From: Raillietiella orientalis
Taxonomy: Eukaryota
Assembly: GCA_036172245.1 (NCBI GenBank)
Contig: JAYWIR010000011.1
Span: 4,464,001-4,528,000, forward strand
Length of the DNA stretch: 64,000 nucleotides
Reading direction: 5' to 3'
Made by a program: the position numbers and the translations under genes. Positions 13,700 through 26,757 of the stretch are shown in pieces; position 1 is the stretch's first letter, and every line of letters starts with the position of its first letter. Under the pieces are notes generated by a model, which saw only the letters and a program-made list of their open reading frames with translations, had not been told where the DNA came from and did no database searches.

Positions 13700-14370
13700 G
13701 CACCAAGGGGTTCACCTGGTGGATGGATGGTCGGTAATTCGCCTCCTATTCTCTCGGGGATCAGGTTTCCAAGAAACCACCGATCTCCCGGCGAACCCTC
13801 CATGCTGGTTGTCTCCGAAGGGGAACCCGAAGAAAACCACTACTTCTTTATTCTCTCCAGGGGTGGAGGGGCGGGAAGGCGGAAAAGATACTCCATTAGG
13901 AATTTCTTCTCCGGGGGGCACCGCAAGGGAACCACTCCCTGTTTCCTACTCTGGAAAGAACCTCTAAGGGACTCTTTCCTATTTCTCTGCAGGATCGCTC
14001 CCGGGAGGGAGCAGTGCTCTTCCTGCACACTGGAGAGGCAACCCACAGTGTAGGCATCAACCAGCTCCATGGTACGGCTCCATTTTCGCAACTGGAAGGA
14101 ACCCCGAAGGGCTCCTCGATTCCTGGAAGGACCACGGAGGGTCAACGTCCAGTGCCGGAGGCCAGTCAACGAGGGTATCCGGTTACCGGCTGCTTCCACC
14201 AGTGCCGCATCCGAAGCCCGTAGGCCAAATAGCGTCATCCTGCAAAGTGGGGACTCGAAACATACGACTCGACCCCGCTCTCAGCTTCGACCCTTCCTCC
14301 GGACAGGATTCGAACCTCCAACCCCCGTTGCCGCGCGTGCGGAGGCCGCCACAGCCGCACGGCCGCCAAG
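13700..14370 (-). mobile_element. tRNA-headed SINE-like repeat, copy B
   Basis: B box on minus strand (GGATTCGAACC at 14306-14316 on +); body shares CTCCGGAGAAGAAATTCC-like and GGAGCTGGTTGAT blocks with the other copies. Confidence 0.75.
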
Positions 14371-14674
14371 GGGGCTCCTCTTGCAAGATCCCGCCGGAGG
14401 AAGGCGGCCGCACATTCAGGCGAGGAGTGCCTCCGAACTTACAGGACAGCAAGGGTGTTCGGCGCTTGCGCTGCGCTTCCCAGGGTGGAAAGCGCAGAGA
14501 AAGCGCAGAACGTTACCAGGGAAGCAGGGGAGTGGGCGCAGGCACCGGGGTTCGTCCGCCATCTGATGAGGTTAGCAGCCGCTTCGAGGGGAGGTCATAC
14601 GCCCGCCAAGGTGGCTCGGTGACTCGGAATGGAATGGTTGCTCTCCCTCCTCGCGTCTCCTCCCTCCCTTCGAC

Positions 14675-15620
14675 GTGAGAGACTCCTCCATTCGTCTTGG
14701 GAAGAGCGTTCTCTCGCAACGGGCTCGCCCGATCGAAAAGCGTCGTCCTTGGCAGACAGAACGCGAAGGACAGGAGGGGAACAGACTTGGTCTCCCGGGG
14801 CTCTTACTCCACCCGTGGGGCCTCCGTCCCTCCAAAATCTTGCATCTCTCCGCGGCCACGGGACCCCGCCACCTCTTCGGAACTACGAGGGCGTCGTCAT
14901 GCCAACGCCAGTCTCTCTTGGCTGGACGGACTCTTCGCGGCCGTCTCTTTTCCCTTGACGGAGAGGAAGGCCCGCTCCCTGACGTGAGCTCTCGAGCGCA
15001 GGGGTCGAAACCTGTAGGGCAACTGCAGACTCTTCCCATATGCGAAATCTCCCGCACGGGCTACCCGAACTCTCTCGGGCCTCTTCGTGTCCTGGGCGCT
15101 TCGCTTCCCCCGAGGACCAGCAGAATGTCTGAGATGGAGTTCCCCACTCCCCCGGCAACCGCCAGAGCCTGCCCGCCTTTCCCACGAAGCCCAGGTCCGC
15201 AGGAGCGGGCGGCCTCAGGACGCGAACGGCAGCTTCTACTATACCCCCGAACAACCCCCGAGGACCTCTCAATTTTCCCTCGTCTGGATCATTTCGGAAG
15301 CTGGGATTCCAGGAAGCTCTCTAGGAGCGAAGGCGCTCTGGAGAGAGACCGACAGGGGTCCTCCAGGTGCACTGACCCTCCGGAAGCGACCAGCACAAAG
15401 CAGGCGCTTCCGGACTTCGCGTCCAGAAAATTTTTCCTTCCTCGACACCCAGAGGACGGCCGGTGAGAGAGGCGCCTCGACTGGCTGCAACCTCTTGCAT
15501 GGGAGGACCTCTCAGGCAGTGAAAGGATTTTCGCAGAGGGAACACTGGGATCTTAGCGTGTGGGCGGTTCAGTCTGATGGGTCTCTGGAAACCCTCCAGC
15601 ACGTGGGACTTCGAGGAACG
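14675..15620 (+). pseudogene. Degenerate NHL-repeat sequence (abba/thin- or NHL-1-like blades); 263-codon open frame
   Basis: In one frame and in blade order: 'GQEGNRLGLPGLLLHPWGL', 'RLFSLDGE', 'QGSKPVGQLQ', 'LDHFGSWDS...SEG...DRQG'; then 'AVQSDGSL' after a frameshift. Confidence 0.55.
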
Positions 15621-18600
15621 CGAGCAAAGAAACGATGCTCGCCGCGGACAGACAACAGGAAAGGGCGAAGGCGACGGATGCAACCGCGATTGCTGGCGCT
15701 GCCTTTCGTCTTGAGACTCCCTTTCGCAGCAAAGAGAACTTCTTTCTTTCCCCGAGTCTGGGGTCCTCGGGAGGGAGGAGGAAACGTTCCATGCAATCCG
15801 AAGCGATTTCGCCCTGGTGCCTGCACCACTTGCGCCGATTCCTCGCTCTCTTTCTGCAGCTGCCTGCCCGCAGGCCGCTGGCAGCGCCCCCGGATCGCAG
15901 CGGACGCCATGTTTGCGCCGTCCTTGGGCAAGGCGTGTATCAAACGCGGTTCAAGACACGTCCCTTTTTTGCTTTTTTCTCTTTTCTTCTAGGGAAAAAA
16001 AACAGAATACATCTCCCTGCATGTCAAGTCATCTTACTGACTTTTGGTTCCGAAGATCCTTTATTCCGTGGAATGGGGTCCCCAAGTGAACGTCTGTGCG
16101 AGTACTGTTGCTACTGCATTCTCGTTCCTCTCTTCCCTCAGGCCAATTCCTTCCTTTGCAAGTGTCGTTTCCGCGAACTTTCTGTCCCATCGACGCGATG
16201 GATAAGGGTGGAGGGAAAGTGAGGCTCCACGTCCCGCATCGAAGATCCCCGAATGCACTTGTCCATGCGCTGTCCACGCGACTGTCCTGTAATTTCGAAT
16301 CCGGAGCAGTTCCTGTTGATTGCGGAGTTCACAGCAGCTGCACCAGAGTTCTGCGACAAGCACAGCGAGATGTACGGAAGGGTGCCGTGGGTTCCCGAAA
16401 TTCCTGACAAACCAGAACAAGGGGAAGATCGTTTTGGCCTTAACCCTTTGGGTGCGGAACTCATGAGATTGAAACGTTCCGTGTTGACCGCACGCGAGTC
16501 GCTGTGGTGACCTCCGTGGACGGACTGCCCTTTCGCGTACCGCGTGCTCCTCCATCGAGGAGGTACCAACTAACTATATGGAGTGCTGGTCAAAGTTACC
16601 ATTATAATTGCTTATTTACCCCACAAATATCTTCATTCTTCCCGAACGTATAGTTTCGATTTAAAAATTATGAAACGGGGAGCAGTTAGCAGGTGGGAGT
16701 AGAATTTTGTTTACATCGCCGTTGCCAAGGGAATGATGACAACGCGAGTGCATGCATCCGTCTCAAACATTGACAGTGTCAACTCATGTAGCGTGTACAA
16801 GATAAAGACTCCTGCCAGACGCGTGTGTGCGTCCATAGTTCACGCCGATAACTTTCGTCGGACGCATCTGTGGGTCCACAGCACTCAAAGGGTTAATGTT
16901 ACTACCAGAGCTGTTCCGGGCGCATAGAGGAAGGATCAGATGATTCGTTGGACCGCTAAACCGTGTGAAGACGACGTCTACGTGGCGAATCGGATGGAGT
17001 CTGGGCGAGGCAGCCCGACCAGCAAAGGGCGCAGGAAACTGCGCACTTCTCTCGATGTTTCAAGGGGCGAGTTGGACACATCTTCCGGTCGACCGTCTGT
17101 GCGCAGCGCCACCAGCATCAGCACAATCAGCTCTAAGAACAGGCAGACTACCAGCTTTCCGTGCCAGCAGCGACAGCCGTGGGCGGGGCTGATACGAAGA
17201 TCCGGACTGCAGCTCCAGCAGATTCTCAGAGCCAGGGAAACGGCACTGAGATCCGATCCTGTCGCCGATCCACCGGAAACGCACTCCGAAAAGCAACTTC
17301 TAGCACGTCAGCGTTGACCTCAGGAGGTTGCGCACAGCCTTCCAGAAGCATTCAGCGGTTAGGCCTTCCTACCGGCCAATTTACCTGCAGGGCATGCAGT
17401 TCGAGGCGCTTGGAAAGCCAAGGAAGCGCGCCTTTCTTGAACTGCACACCCCTTGCGTTTCCCATGCTCGGCCAGCGTGGACCATGGAGTCGCGAGGTAT
17501 AGTCCGAAAGTAGGATGAGGTGGGATGAAAGAGAAGAGACGGAGGAGAATCTTTCAGCAAGTTGAAGATGACAGCGGAAACACGGGTACACAGCGCACCC
17601 GAAGACGGCCGGAGAGAAGGTCGCGAGAAACTCTGCGCGAGACGCGCCCGAGACCGCGAAGAACGCGTCCCAAGAAGTGGATTCCCGGAGTCAGCTTCCC
17701 TGGAGCAAGTTGTTCTGACAGAAGGGGTGGGTGGCAGGGATAAGACAAGAAGGATCGCACCTCATTTCCAAGCATTGTTCGCAGCTCTTTCCCGGGAGCC
17801 GAAGTGGATAACCCGTCTTTTATAAGGTGAACTGCTTCTGGTAGTCCCTGTAAAGTTGGTCGGGCACGCTTCTAATCCGCCGTTCGGCTCCTCTGGAAGA
17901 ACACTTCCGCCGGAGGCACGTACGTAGGCCTGCTTCGCTCTACACGAGCGTTTTGTTTCCGTGGTTTCTCGTAGACTTCGGAAAAGGTCACGAAAGACTC
18001 CCCCTCCCGCCCCCCTTTCTCAGGAAATACTGAAGAGTCGGTCTTCAGCTTTTGGCTCTGTCCAATGGAATCGATGCCGCCCTTTCCAGCGGTGTCTGAG
18101 ACGCCGTTTCTCTCCTGGACGGCAGTGCGATCAGTTTGATCATTTCTTCTTTTTTTCTCTTTTCGAAAGCTCTCTTGTCCCATTCAGAACCTCCCGATGG
18201 GAATCCTAAGCTCTGAGACAGGCACCTGAGTGCTCATTACTCATATGACGGATGATTCAGCGGAAAGAGCGTTTCGTTTCGCCGATTAGACGATGGCAGG
18301 AAGGGGAGCGAGGAAGCAGCATGAGGGCGACATAGAAACCACCTACAGACCTTCGGACGACCATTCCGGCGACCAAGTGGGTCTTTCCAGTCACCCAAAT
18401 GCTCGACCGCGTGCCAGCAAAACGAGAAAGGGACCGAGTCCGACAAGGGGGGGACGCAAGAGCCGCAGTGGAGGAGGGTCCGCCTCCCCCACTCCCGAAC
18501 GGGAAGAAAGCATCGAGTGCTCAAAGGTGGGCCGAGACGTTCTTTTCTTCGGCTGTCTGTGCCGGAAGATGAAATAACGATGGCAAAAGGAAACTTGACT

Positions 18601-18849
18601 CCAAACTTGAAACGGGCAGCCCGAACGTCGCCCCGGAGGGAAACGGTTCTGCTCTTCTGCGACTCGTGCAGCCCAGGCAATCAAGCTGGCACTCGCATCC
18701 AGAGTTTCCGTCGAACTCTGTGGTGCCACGAGAGCTGCTGCGTACCGGAAGCGCACCACGGAGAAAGAAACCACAAACGCGCTCTTGCCCTGCCAAATGG
18801 GTGTGGCAGGTCCCTGGTCGTGAGAAAGCAGAGTCCGTAAGACGGTGCT

Positions 18850-19120
18850 GGAGAATGAGGACCAGCTCGGTTGGCAAGCGCCCGGATCGCCACGAACTGC
18901 TGGAGCAGCAAGTGAGCTAGGAGAGAATCCCTGGATGCGGGGAACGCCGCCGCGCGCCACTTTGCAGCTTGTCCTCGACAGGTTGTCTCTGCTACCACCG
19001 TGGTCGGCGAACGTCGAGCGCTCGCAGGAACGCCTCCTGGAAACGCAAGGCAGCATTCCGCAGAGTCAACACAACGTGCCATTCCTCCTGGAAGTGGGGA
19101 GCGGGCAACGGCGTGAAGAT
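18850..19120 (+). mobile_element. Decayed hAT transposase dimerisation-domain remnant
   Basis: 'NPWM.....LQLVLDRLSLLPPWSANVERS' matches the hAT W....L..LA.RLL.LP.SSA..ERS motif. Confidence 0.45.
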
Positions 19121-19495
19121 GAAAGAAAGCAGCCAGACCAGAAGGTCCGCCTTTCGTCGCTGTCTTCTGACGATGCCATGAGACAGCCATTGCCTTAGGT
19201 GGTCCGGGCGGAAAGAAGGAGCGTACGCTGGGATTCCTAAACCGAAGACACGTACGACGTCTTCCTTGCTCGCGTTCCGGATTTGCCCGGTCGCGCAGTT
19301 TCGACTCGCTCTGAAGTGGTCGTTGACGTTGGGGCGGAGGGAGGGCAAACCATGCGCGTGGGCCACGTGTGCTCGCACAGGCCGTCACCACGGCTCCACG
19401 CGCTCCCACCGCCAGGCTCGGAAACGCAGCTGCCCGAACAGAGAGGGCAGCACCGCTCGCCGAACGGCAAAAGGGGGAAACGGTCGGAAAAATGG

Positions 19496-20375
19496 CGGTC
19501 GGGTTCAAAAGCCCGAGCGTCCGAACCTCCGAAGATGAAGAGTGAATACATATGTTGTTGATTGTGTATGTATTAATTTACTCGCGTACTCATGGGTTAC
19601 TACATAAATTAGGATGTATCATAAAGATCACGAAAATAAACATGTGTGCTCATTATGTATGTTAATATACATGGATTGATTTGCAAATTTATTATTATAT
19701 ACGTAGCATTAATATCGATATTGCTTTAACATGTACATTCATTGATATTAATGTACACTAACACATACATTTATTAAAATTCATATTACACAAGCTTATA
19801 TACATATCAATATAGAGATTATTTTAACTTATAATGTACTAACATTAATATTATGCTAACATATACATCTATTAAAATTAATGTTACACAAACATATCTA
19901 TATATTAATACTATTCTAGCATAGAAGTTTATTATCATTAATATTATGCGAACGTACACATTAAAATTAATACTATGCTAGCATACATGCATATTAATAT
20001 TATTTTGACATGTGCATTTATTAATATTTGTTAGCATGTATTTATCAATATTTATTAATATCTATTAACATATATATTTGTTGAGGTTAACATTATTTTA
20101 CCATACATGTTCATTACTATTTATTAGCGTACACATTGATTGGTGTACATTATTATTATACAAAGATGATAAAAATAAATATACGTGCCTCTCCCATACA
20201 TTGACATATATACACGCAGATGTTATTAATTATATCAATTAATCTTAATAAATGCGTAAGCCGAATAAGTTTGTATATTAGTCTTTACGTAAGTATATAC
20301 ATAACTATGCATAATATGCATGTATTTTGCTATGATCTTTCGAGATTTCGGCGTACGGGATTTCGATTGGCACCG
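19496..20375. mobile_element. AT-rich non-autonomous TIR element (MULE/foldback-like MITE), copy 1
   Basis: Abrupt AT-rich island bounded by imperfect inverted termini CGGTCGGGTTCAAAAGCCCGAGCGTCCGAACCTCCGAAGAT and ATCTTTCGAGATTTCGGCGTACGGGATTTCGATTGGCACCG; related termini at 62297-63314. No TSD seen. Confidence 0.55.
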
Positions 20376-21299
20376 AAACAAAAAAAACATCCCTGACCAA
20401 CGTACACTGAAAGTTTTGAAACACTGAAAACCACGATCATCCGCTCTGGAAGGAGGAATGCTTCCGCGCAGGGTTGCCATCCGACACGTGGATTTTTCGG
20501 ACACGAAAAGCAAAGCCTATAGATACCGTACACACACTCGGATTAAGATCCTGCCGCCATGGCAGCGGCTGCTTTTCCGTGATGGCTGCAAAGACTGGTA
20601 GCCAAAAATGCGTGAAAGTCAAAAAAGGAAGAATGGATTCCAAATGTCCAAGAAATTTTCCAGTTTCTGACGCCAGTGCCACGTGAGCGACTAAGACAGG
20701 ACAAGGCATGTCAGAGTGGGCAGATGACCTAGAGGGCAGATAAGGATGGACGAAGGAAGCTGCGCACGTCATGAGCGGGCTCCCGGAAACTCCCAATCCA
20801 GGGCTTGTGAGACAGTCAAACTCCCGTGCAAGAAGCAGCGTATCGTATGGAGCAGGCGAAGGGAACCCGCGGCCGATGGAGTCCTTCTGCAAGGCTCGCG
20901 CGGGTTTTCTGGAATTCACCTCCTCCCTACGGGGCTCGCTGATGTAAATCTATTACGCTGCGCATTTCAAGGTAAACAACGGAAATTCCTCGCCGATGTG
21001 TTTGGGATGTACAAAATGGTTTGCCATCGGATGGGATAGCTCATTTTTGAGAAGAATTTTCGGTTCCAAGGTACGTGTAAGAAGCGTACGTAAATTTGCG
21101 CGCTTTGTTTAGGAGAAATTCGGATACGATGTTCCAACTCGGCATAAATTGTGTCTTTCCGAAATGCCAAATACCACTAATGGGAGTCCAAAAAAAAAAA
21201 ATTTGTGCCGTGGACAAGATCGGCTTGACTCTTCAGAGATTCCATAGAAGAACACGGGGAAGCCGTCTGCCCAGTCGGCCTTGAACCTGCTAAAGCAAT

Positions 21300-21900
21300 G
21301 AACAGATGCAAAGTGAGAAGGCAAAGTTTTTCGAAAATCTCACCAATGGCATCGGGAAAGTGTGGGACCATGACGGCCGTCAACGAAGAAAAAACACCGG
21401 GTGTTCAGGATCACAAGGTCACAATATGTGGGTGCGGAAGGCGCCATCAGCGAGCTACGGCTAAGCACCTGAAACCACGCTGGAGGGGCGTGCCGAAGAA
21501 TGCCGTGTAGCAGCACCTCCTAAGTTCTCAACTCTGAACGAGGCTGTTTGCTGGAAAAGGTTGGCTCGTCCCGCAGGACTGCACCTGGGAGAACTTTACG
21601 GGACGGAGACGGAACTGATTTCGTGTTTGAGAAGCGCGAAAATTCCGTTCCTTTCTCTTCGGTTATTCGGAGGAAATCGGCTGATATCCCACACGTCCGT
21701 GATACCAGTTGTGAACGCCTTGAGGAAGAATGAACAAAGGGAGGACCTTCTTGTAGATGTGCTTCGGCCACAACGGGAAAAGACCTGAGCACTTGTGAAG
21801 CGCAACCAGAACTACCCAAATTCGACTTGCCCTGAGGAAACCAGGGCATGAAGCTGCAGAGATGACCCAGGTCAGCATCCAAGAAAAAACAGGGCTCTCG
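21300..21900 (-). mobile_element. Possible decayed LINE apurinic endonuclease region
   Basis: 'FFLKAFTTGITDVWDISRFPPN' resembles the APE L.D.WR..NP motif; weak flanking motifs. Confidence 0.25.
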
Positions 21901-23599
21901 CAGAGTCACTGAAAGAGCAGCTGGCTTTCGGAGGGAGCTCCCAATTCGGAAAGTTTCATGTTCTCCTGCCATCGCATGCCGTACGACAGGAACGTACTTG
22001 TGCTGTCCGGTGCTTAGCCCGTTAACACAAGGATGTCCGTGGCAATCAGATGTCAGAATTTCAACAGCAATTCGCTCTCAGAATTGAGTAATTTTTTTCT
22101 GGATTAGATGCATATTGTTCCCACACATGATGGCGTGTGCTGCTCCCATGTTAGGTAGCCCACTGGAGGGCTAAGGCGTTTCCAGAAGCGCGGAGAGACG
22201 AACAGAGCCCCTGGCTCGCCCCTCTTCCACGATGCCACCGCCCTCCCAAACAAAGCGCAAACTCTGGGAAAAACCAGTTCAAGACGTCCTCCGCACCAGT
22301 GAAGTCCAGCATCTCTTGCGAGGTACGGGAAGGGGCGAGAAAAGCACAGACGAGAATCGGAAAGCAGGTTTGGAGCATTGAATGAAATCGAGATGGAACT
22401 GCGGCCATTTTCTGCTCTATCCTCGGCACAACCGAGAACGGCTCCTTCAAGTTGCCAGCTCGAGCCAGCTGATGTACCAGCCGAGATTCCTCCTGTGCCT
22501 CGCTTCGGTCCACTTCCGCTAGCGGAAGTTCGTGAGGCCTGCGTTTCCATAGATGGACGCCCTCCCACGGAGCGACTCGCCGAAAATGTGCTCTCCTTTG
22601 CGGGAGCTGCAAATCGCACGAAGAGCTTTCCCCAGAAAGCACCATGGTGAAGTGCAGAACGTGCAAGCGGGTGAAATCCTCGCATCCAAGTGCCCACTGC
22701 CCATTCACCATCCCGTCAAGATGTAAACAAGCCAGCGCAAGAAGACAAATGCGGAAGTCCCATCGGTCGTAATGGTAAACAATCAATCCAAAGAAGAAGG
22801 AAAAATTCAATAGTTTACGTGATTTTGTTTACTTGTTTTGTTTTTTTTTTTGTTTTTCATTGGGTGTACATTAAGGGTTAGGGAGATGAATGCATTCAGG
22901 TTGATTTCTCGTTGTTTCCATTCAAGATTTCGGCAGCCATAAAAAAGTCGAACTCGGTATCGAAACAAAATTCCTGGACACCGGATCCGATGGAGGAACA
23001 ACACTGCCAAGGTTCTGTTTCGAGTTCTGATCTTCTCTTCTGCAATAATTGTTTGTCCCTCATATTTTATGAGGGAGTTGTTTTACGGAAGAAATTCGTT
23101 TTCCATCTCTTTCGTTCACTTTCTTTTGAGCCCATCCTTAGAACTTACGGCTGGAGAGGGGCAACTACGCTAGCGGTTGGACCCGAAAAATCAGAGGACA
23201 TTGACATAATGTGGGGAAAAAAAGAAAGGAAAAAAAAAAAAAAGGCAGAACGAGTAACCCCTGTAGATTGAAATTGAAACTAAACTGGGGACCTGCAGCC
23301 CATTCCTGCAGCAGAGTGCAGTTTTCAGCGCACGGGGGCTCCGTTGCAATAAGACGGCGGCCCAATGGTGGCGCAAAAGGCGGGTCCGACTCAGGGAGGA
23401 GTGGAAATCAAGTCAGAGGGAAGAAAAGCATCCCAGAACTGCCTTTCCGGCCGAGAAAAACTGTACGCACGGCAACTTTCTTAGCTGTGAGTAAGCTGTT
23501 AGCTCGCCGATATCCAAATTCTCTCCGACGCCTCTTGGTCATTTCCACATGACAACGACGACAAGCATCCGGCCAGAGGCGTTTTCGTCCCGATTTCAA

Positions 23600-24000
23600 G
23601 TTGGGACGCCAAATGCACAGGGAGAAAGCCGCCTGATGCTGCTTCCTTGAGCACACCCAGAACGGTTGCAAAAGAGAACAAAGCGGAGACAGCTCGACGG
23701 GCAGAGCTTTCTGGGAAATGCATGCATTCGAGAGCGTCCCATCTTGGGCGACATCCCTTCTTCTTCTTCTTCTTTCCCGTGCGCACACCGTTGCTTTTCG
23801 CATCGCACACTGAGCGCAACATGAGGATGAAGAGCTCTGGAAGACATAAGCTCCGGGCGCTTGGGATGCTCAGAATGACCTGCAGACTGCGAGCTTCAAG
23901 CGCCAGCGCTCGGGTGCCAAGAACGAGCGGCAACACGGAGCCACCCATTCCGCCGACCGAGAGGCATTTCGAGGCACGCAGAGCCGCGTCCACTCCCGGA
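23600..24000 (+). mobile_element. Decayed hAT transposase remnant
   Basis: 'PLLF....MKSSG...LGMLRMTCRLRASSASARV' resembles the ASSAS.ER motif; similar layout to the 55.0-55.4 kb remnant. Confidence 0.3.
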
Positions 24001-26665
24001 TGCTCCTGCCAGGCTGGACAAGGCGTGCAACGATCTCGGGGTCGCTCCGACCCTGAGGCCACCTCTCTGCAATGTGAAGCTTCTAAACGAACGACCGGTG
24101 CAAGTCAGCGCTGGCGCTTTCGTGGCGCTGAGCTGTACCTGCGGGAGTGCCTCAGATGGATGATACGCCCTGTTTTCGTTCGAAATTAGTGCTCAGCAAT
24201 TAAATAATGATTTGCTAACGTAAGAATTCGCGGGTAGTTCGCAAGGTTCACTTGCTTCACGAAAAATGATGGTTTCCCGTCGACTTGGCAACGGATCTAC
24301 GACCGTGCCGGGCAACTTTAACGCATCAGAATGTGCTCCGAGCGATCATTTCCGTTCGTTTGATGACGTGCATCTCTTAAATGAGCTACAAAAAGATGCC
24401 GGCTAGCTGCAGTTCCTACGTACGTACGGAACCCTTGACGTAATCTAAAAATCCTGCGCTTGGAATGGAGCGCGCAGTCCTGGATAATTCCGTTATCTGT
24501 AAACGGACCGCTGCTCTTACAGAATCGGATTCGAGGAGGCGCGGGAAAGCGCAGATCGACCGAGTGGACGGAACTAGTGTTCCAGTCTTCCGGGATCAGG
24601 CATTCCAGTATCCTCGTGTTGCAAAAGACGCAATTGCAGAGCACTCGAGTTCCAAGGAAAGCCGGATTGGATTCCTTGAGCTTTAAATGGACGACGCGTG
24701 TTTGCCTCGCTCCGTTCGTTAATCGTGATTACTGACGGGATCTTGGATAAGTTTTTCCCGAGACAAGATGTCTGCGAAACGTCAAGTGGCGGTGGCATGC
24801 AAAGTACCAAGGCGCACGTGCTCTGGCACTTCCGCCCATGCGAACAGAGCTCGCTTCCTGGTTCCGCATCCTCGGTCGTCATGGCACCCGGACGAAACCG
24901 AATGGCCGAATGATTCGCCATTACCACTGCCCCAGGAAAGGACGTGTTCCCATAATTTGCTAGAAAGCCTGTTGCATCCGAGCGGCGGGGGAAAACACGA
25001 CTGCTGTCCCTGCTGATTCCCACGTTTCTCCTTTTCGTCTCTGGTTCAAGACCGGAGGTACACATCTGCACCTTTATCAGATATCGGGTTTCTGCGTTCT
25101 CACTTTTGCTGGCCAACTTTCCGAATCGGAACTTCTCGCCTCGGCCCGTCAGAGTACCGAAAAAGTGAATCCGAGCGTTTCTTCTTCCAGACGTGGGTTT
25201 GCACGTCCGCTGGCGGTGTGAGAGCTGCGTGGAAGTTGAAATTCTCCAAGAACCAATGATGATGACTCCTCACCCCGGGTGGGGCGGGATGGCTCTTCAG
25301 ACAAAATCCCAGTGGTGGCGGAAACGGAATCGTTCAAACCGGGAAAGCCGACACAGATGCGGTTCGGAGTTTCTTTCTCCCGACTGATCGTCCGTTTTGG
25401 TTCCCTCCGAGGCGCCAAGATGGTGCCAAGAAAGTGGAGGACGCGTGGACTTTCGAGGGTCTCTCCGGTCTGCATCTCTTCGATGCTATTCAAACATCTG
25501 CTGCGTGCTGCCTCGTGAACGGCGTCGGAGACATTCAGTGAAATAAAGTGCAGAAAGCGAAATTGAGGATGAAAACTGCACTTGCCAAATCGGTCCTGGA
25601 TATCGATCCATAAAGCAAAAGATCGAAAAAACTCGATTTTTTTTTAGTTTTCCATCCAATACAAGCGGATGTGCGAAAATTGTTTACGTTTCTTTGAATG
25701 ACTTACTTTGTTTGCCGAATCTGTTTATGCCCATAAACGGATTTCCACACCAAATTGATCGAATCGAACAGCAATTAGCCGAACTGAGACGATTAACTGA
25801 ACTTTCATCGAATTCTCACGTCTTCCTGAGCTTACTTGTTTATTCAGTTTTAAAATGCCAATTCTTGGAATAGTTGAAAAATTCATACCTTCGCTCCACA
25901 AGAACCACAACCCTTATTTATTAGCAAAAAAAAAAACAAACAAACAATCAGAAATCGCATGCAGTGTGCATTATTTCGTTTGATCTCCATTAGGAGGAAA
26001 CGGATGCACTTTAAACTTGGGATGAACTCGTGGAAAACCTCCTTCCCTGCGAGGAGGAGAATCCTTCAGCCGACTTCTAATCAGTTCCCCTCCCTATACG
26101 CGGTAATCCAATACTCGTGCATTTTTAATTTTCATCGATTTTTCCTTCGTACCCATCGCTAATCCTGCAGGCACGCAGAGTAATGAATGGAGGGATGACA
26201 CAGGTTCATCCCTTCTTATTTAAGTGCACGTGCCTTTTTATTCCATCCGCTGGAATGTTGGCTTACTTACACACCAATTAGCTGACCTCAGTATCTGCAA
26301 TAATCGCGGTAACCAGATCTAAGCAGAGGATTTCAAAAAACACATTGCGTCTGATATTCTGCAAAAAACCCTAAGAACGAAACTTAAACAGTCGCAATCT
26401 GCATCCCGTGGAAGCTCGATGCTTCTGGTTTTCCAAAACTGATCTCTGTCATATAATGGCAGCAAAAAAAGAAAAACACAGGTGGAACCATGAAACCCGG
26501 GACACCCTTAAGAAGGATTGCCGTACCTTTCCGAAAAGATCAAAAGTATATCTATATTCCCTCTAGAGTTTATATAAACAATTGAAGTTTTCATTGTGTT
26601 CTAGAATAGAACGGGAAACTGACTCAAATACACATGACTACGTAATTTTCGCTGCTGTTCTTGCC

Positions 26666-26757
26666 CCGCCATGTTGTTGTTTCCATGCGCACAGAACACC
26701 TGATAATCATCATCTCAGAAACGTCTGAATCAGTGATTGCATCATTAATATGTAAGA
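26666..26757 (+). promoter_or_regulatory. Candidate promoter/first non-coding exon of UBE2R
   Basis: YY1/Pho-like CCGCCATGTT at 26666-26675, donor GTAAGA at 26752, and a good acceptor (TTGTTTCTACAG, ending 30716) 31 nt before the UBE2R ATG. CpG depletion begins downstream. The linkage is inferred. Confidence 0.35.

Noticed and set aside
26529..26544. 16-mer TTCCGAAAAGATCAAA repeated in inverted orientation at 36622-36637, both near putative promoters
   Set aside because: About one such match is expected by chance in 64 kb of AT-biased sequence.
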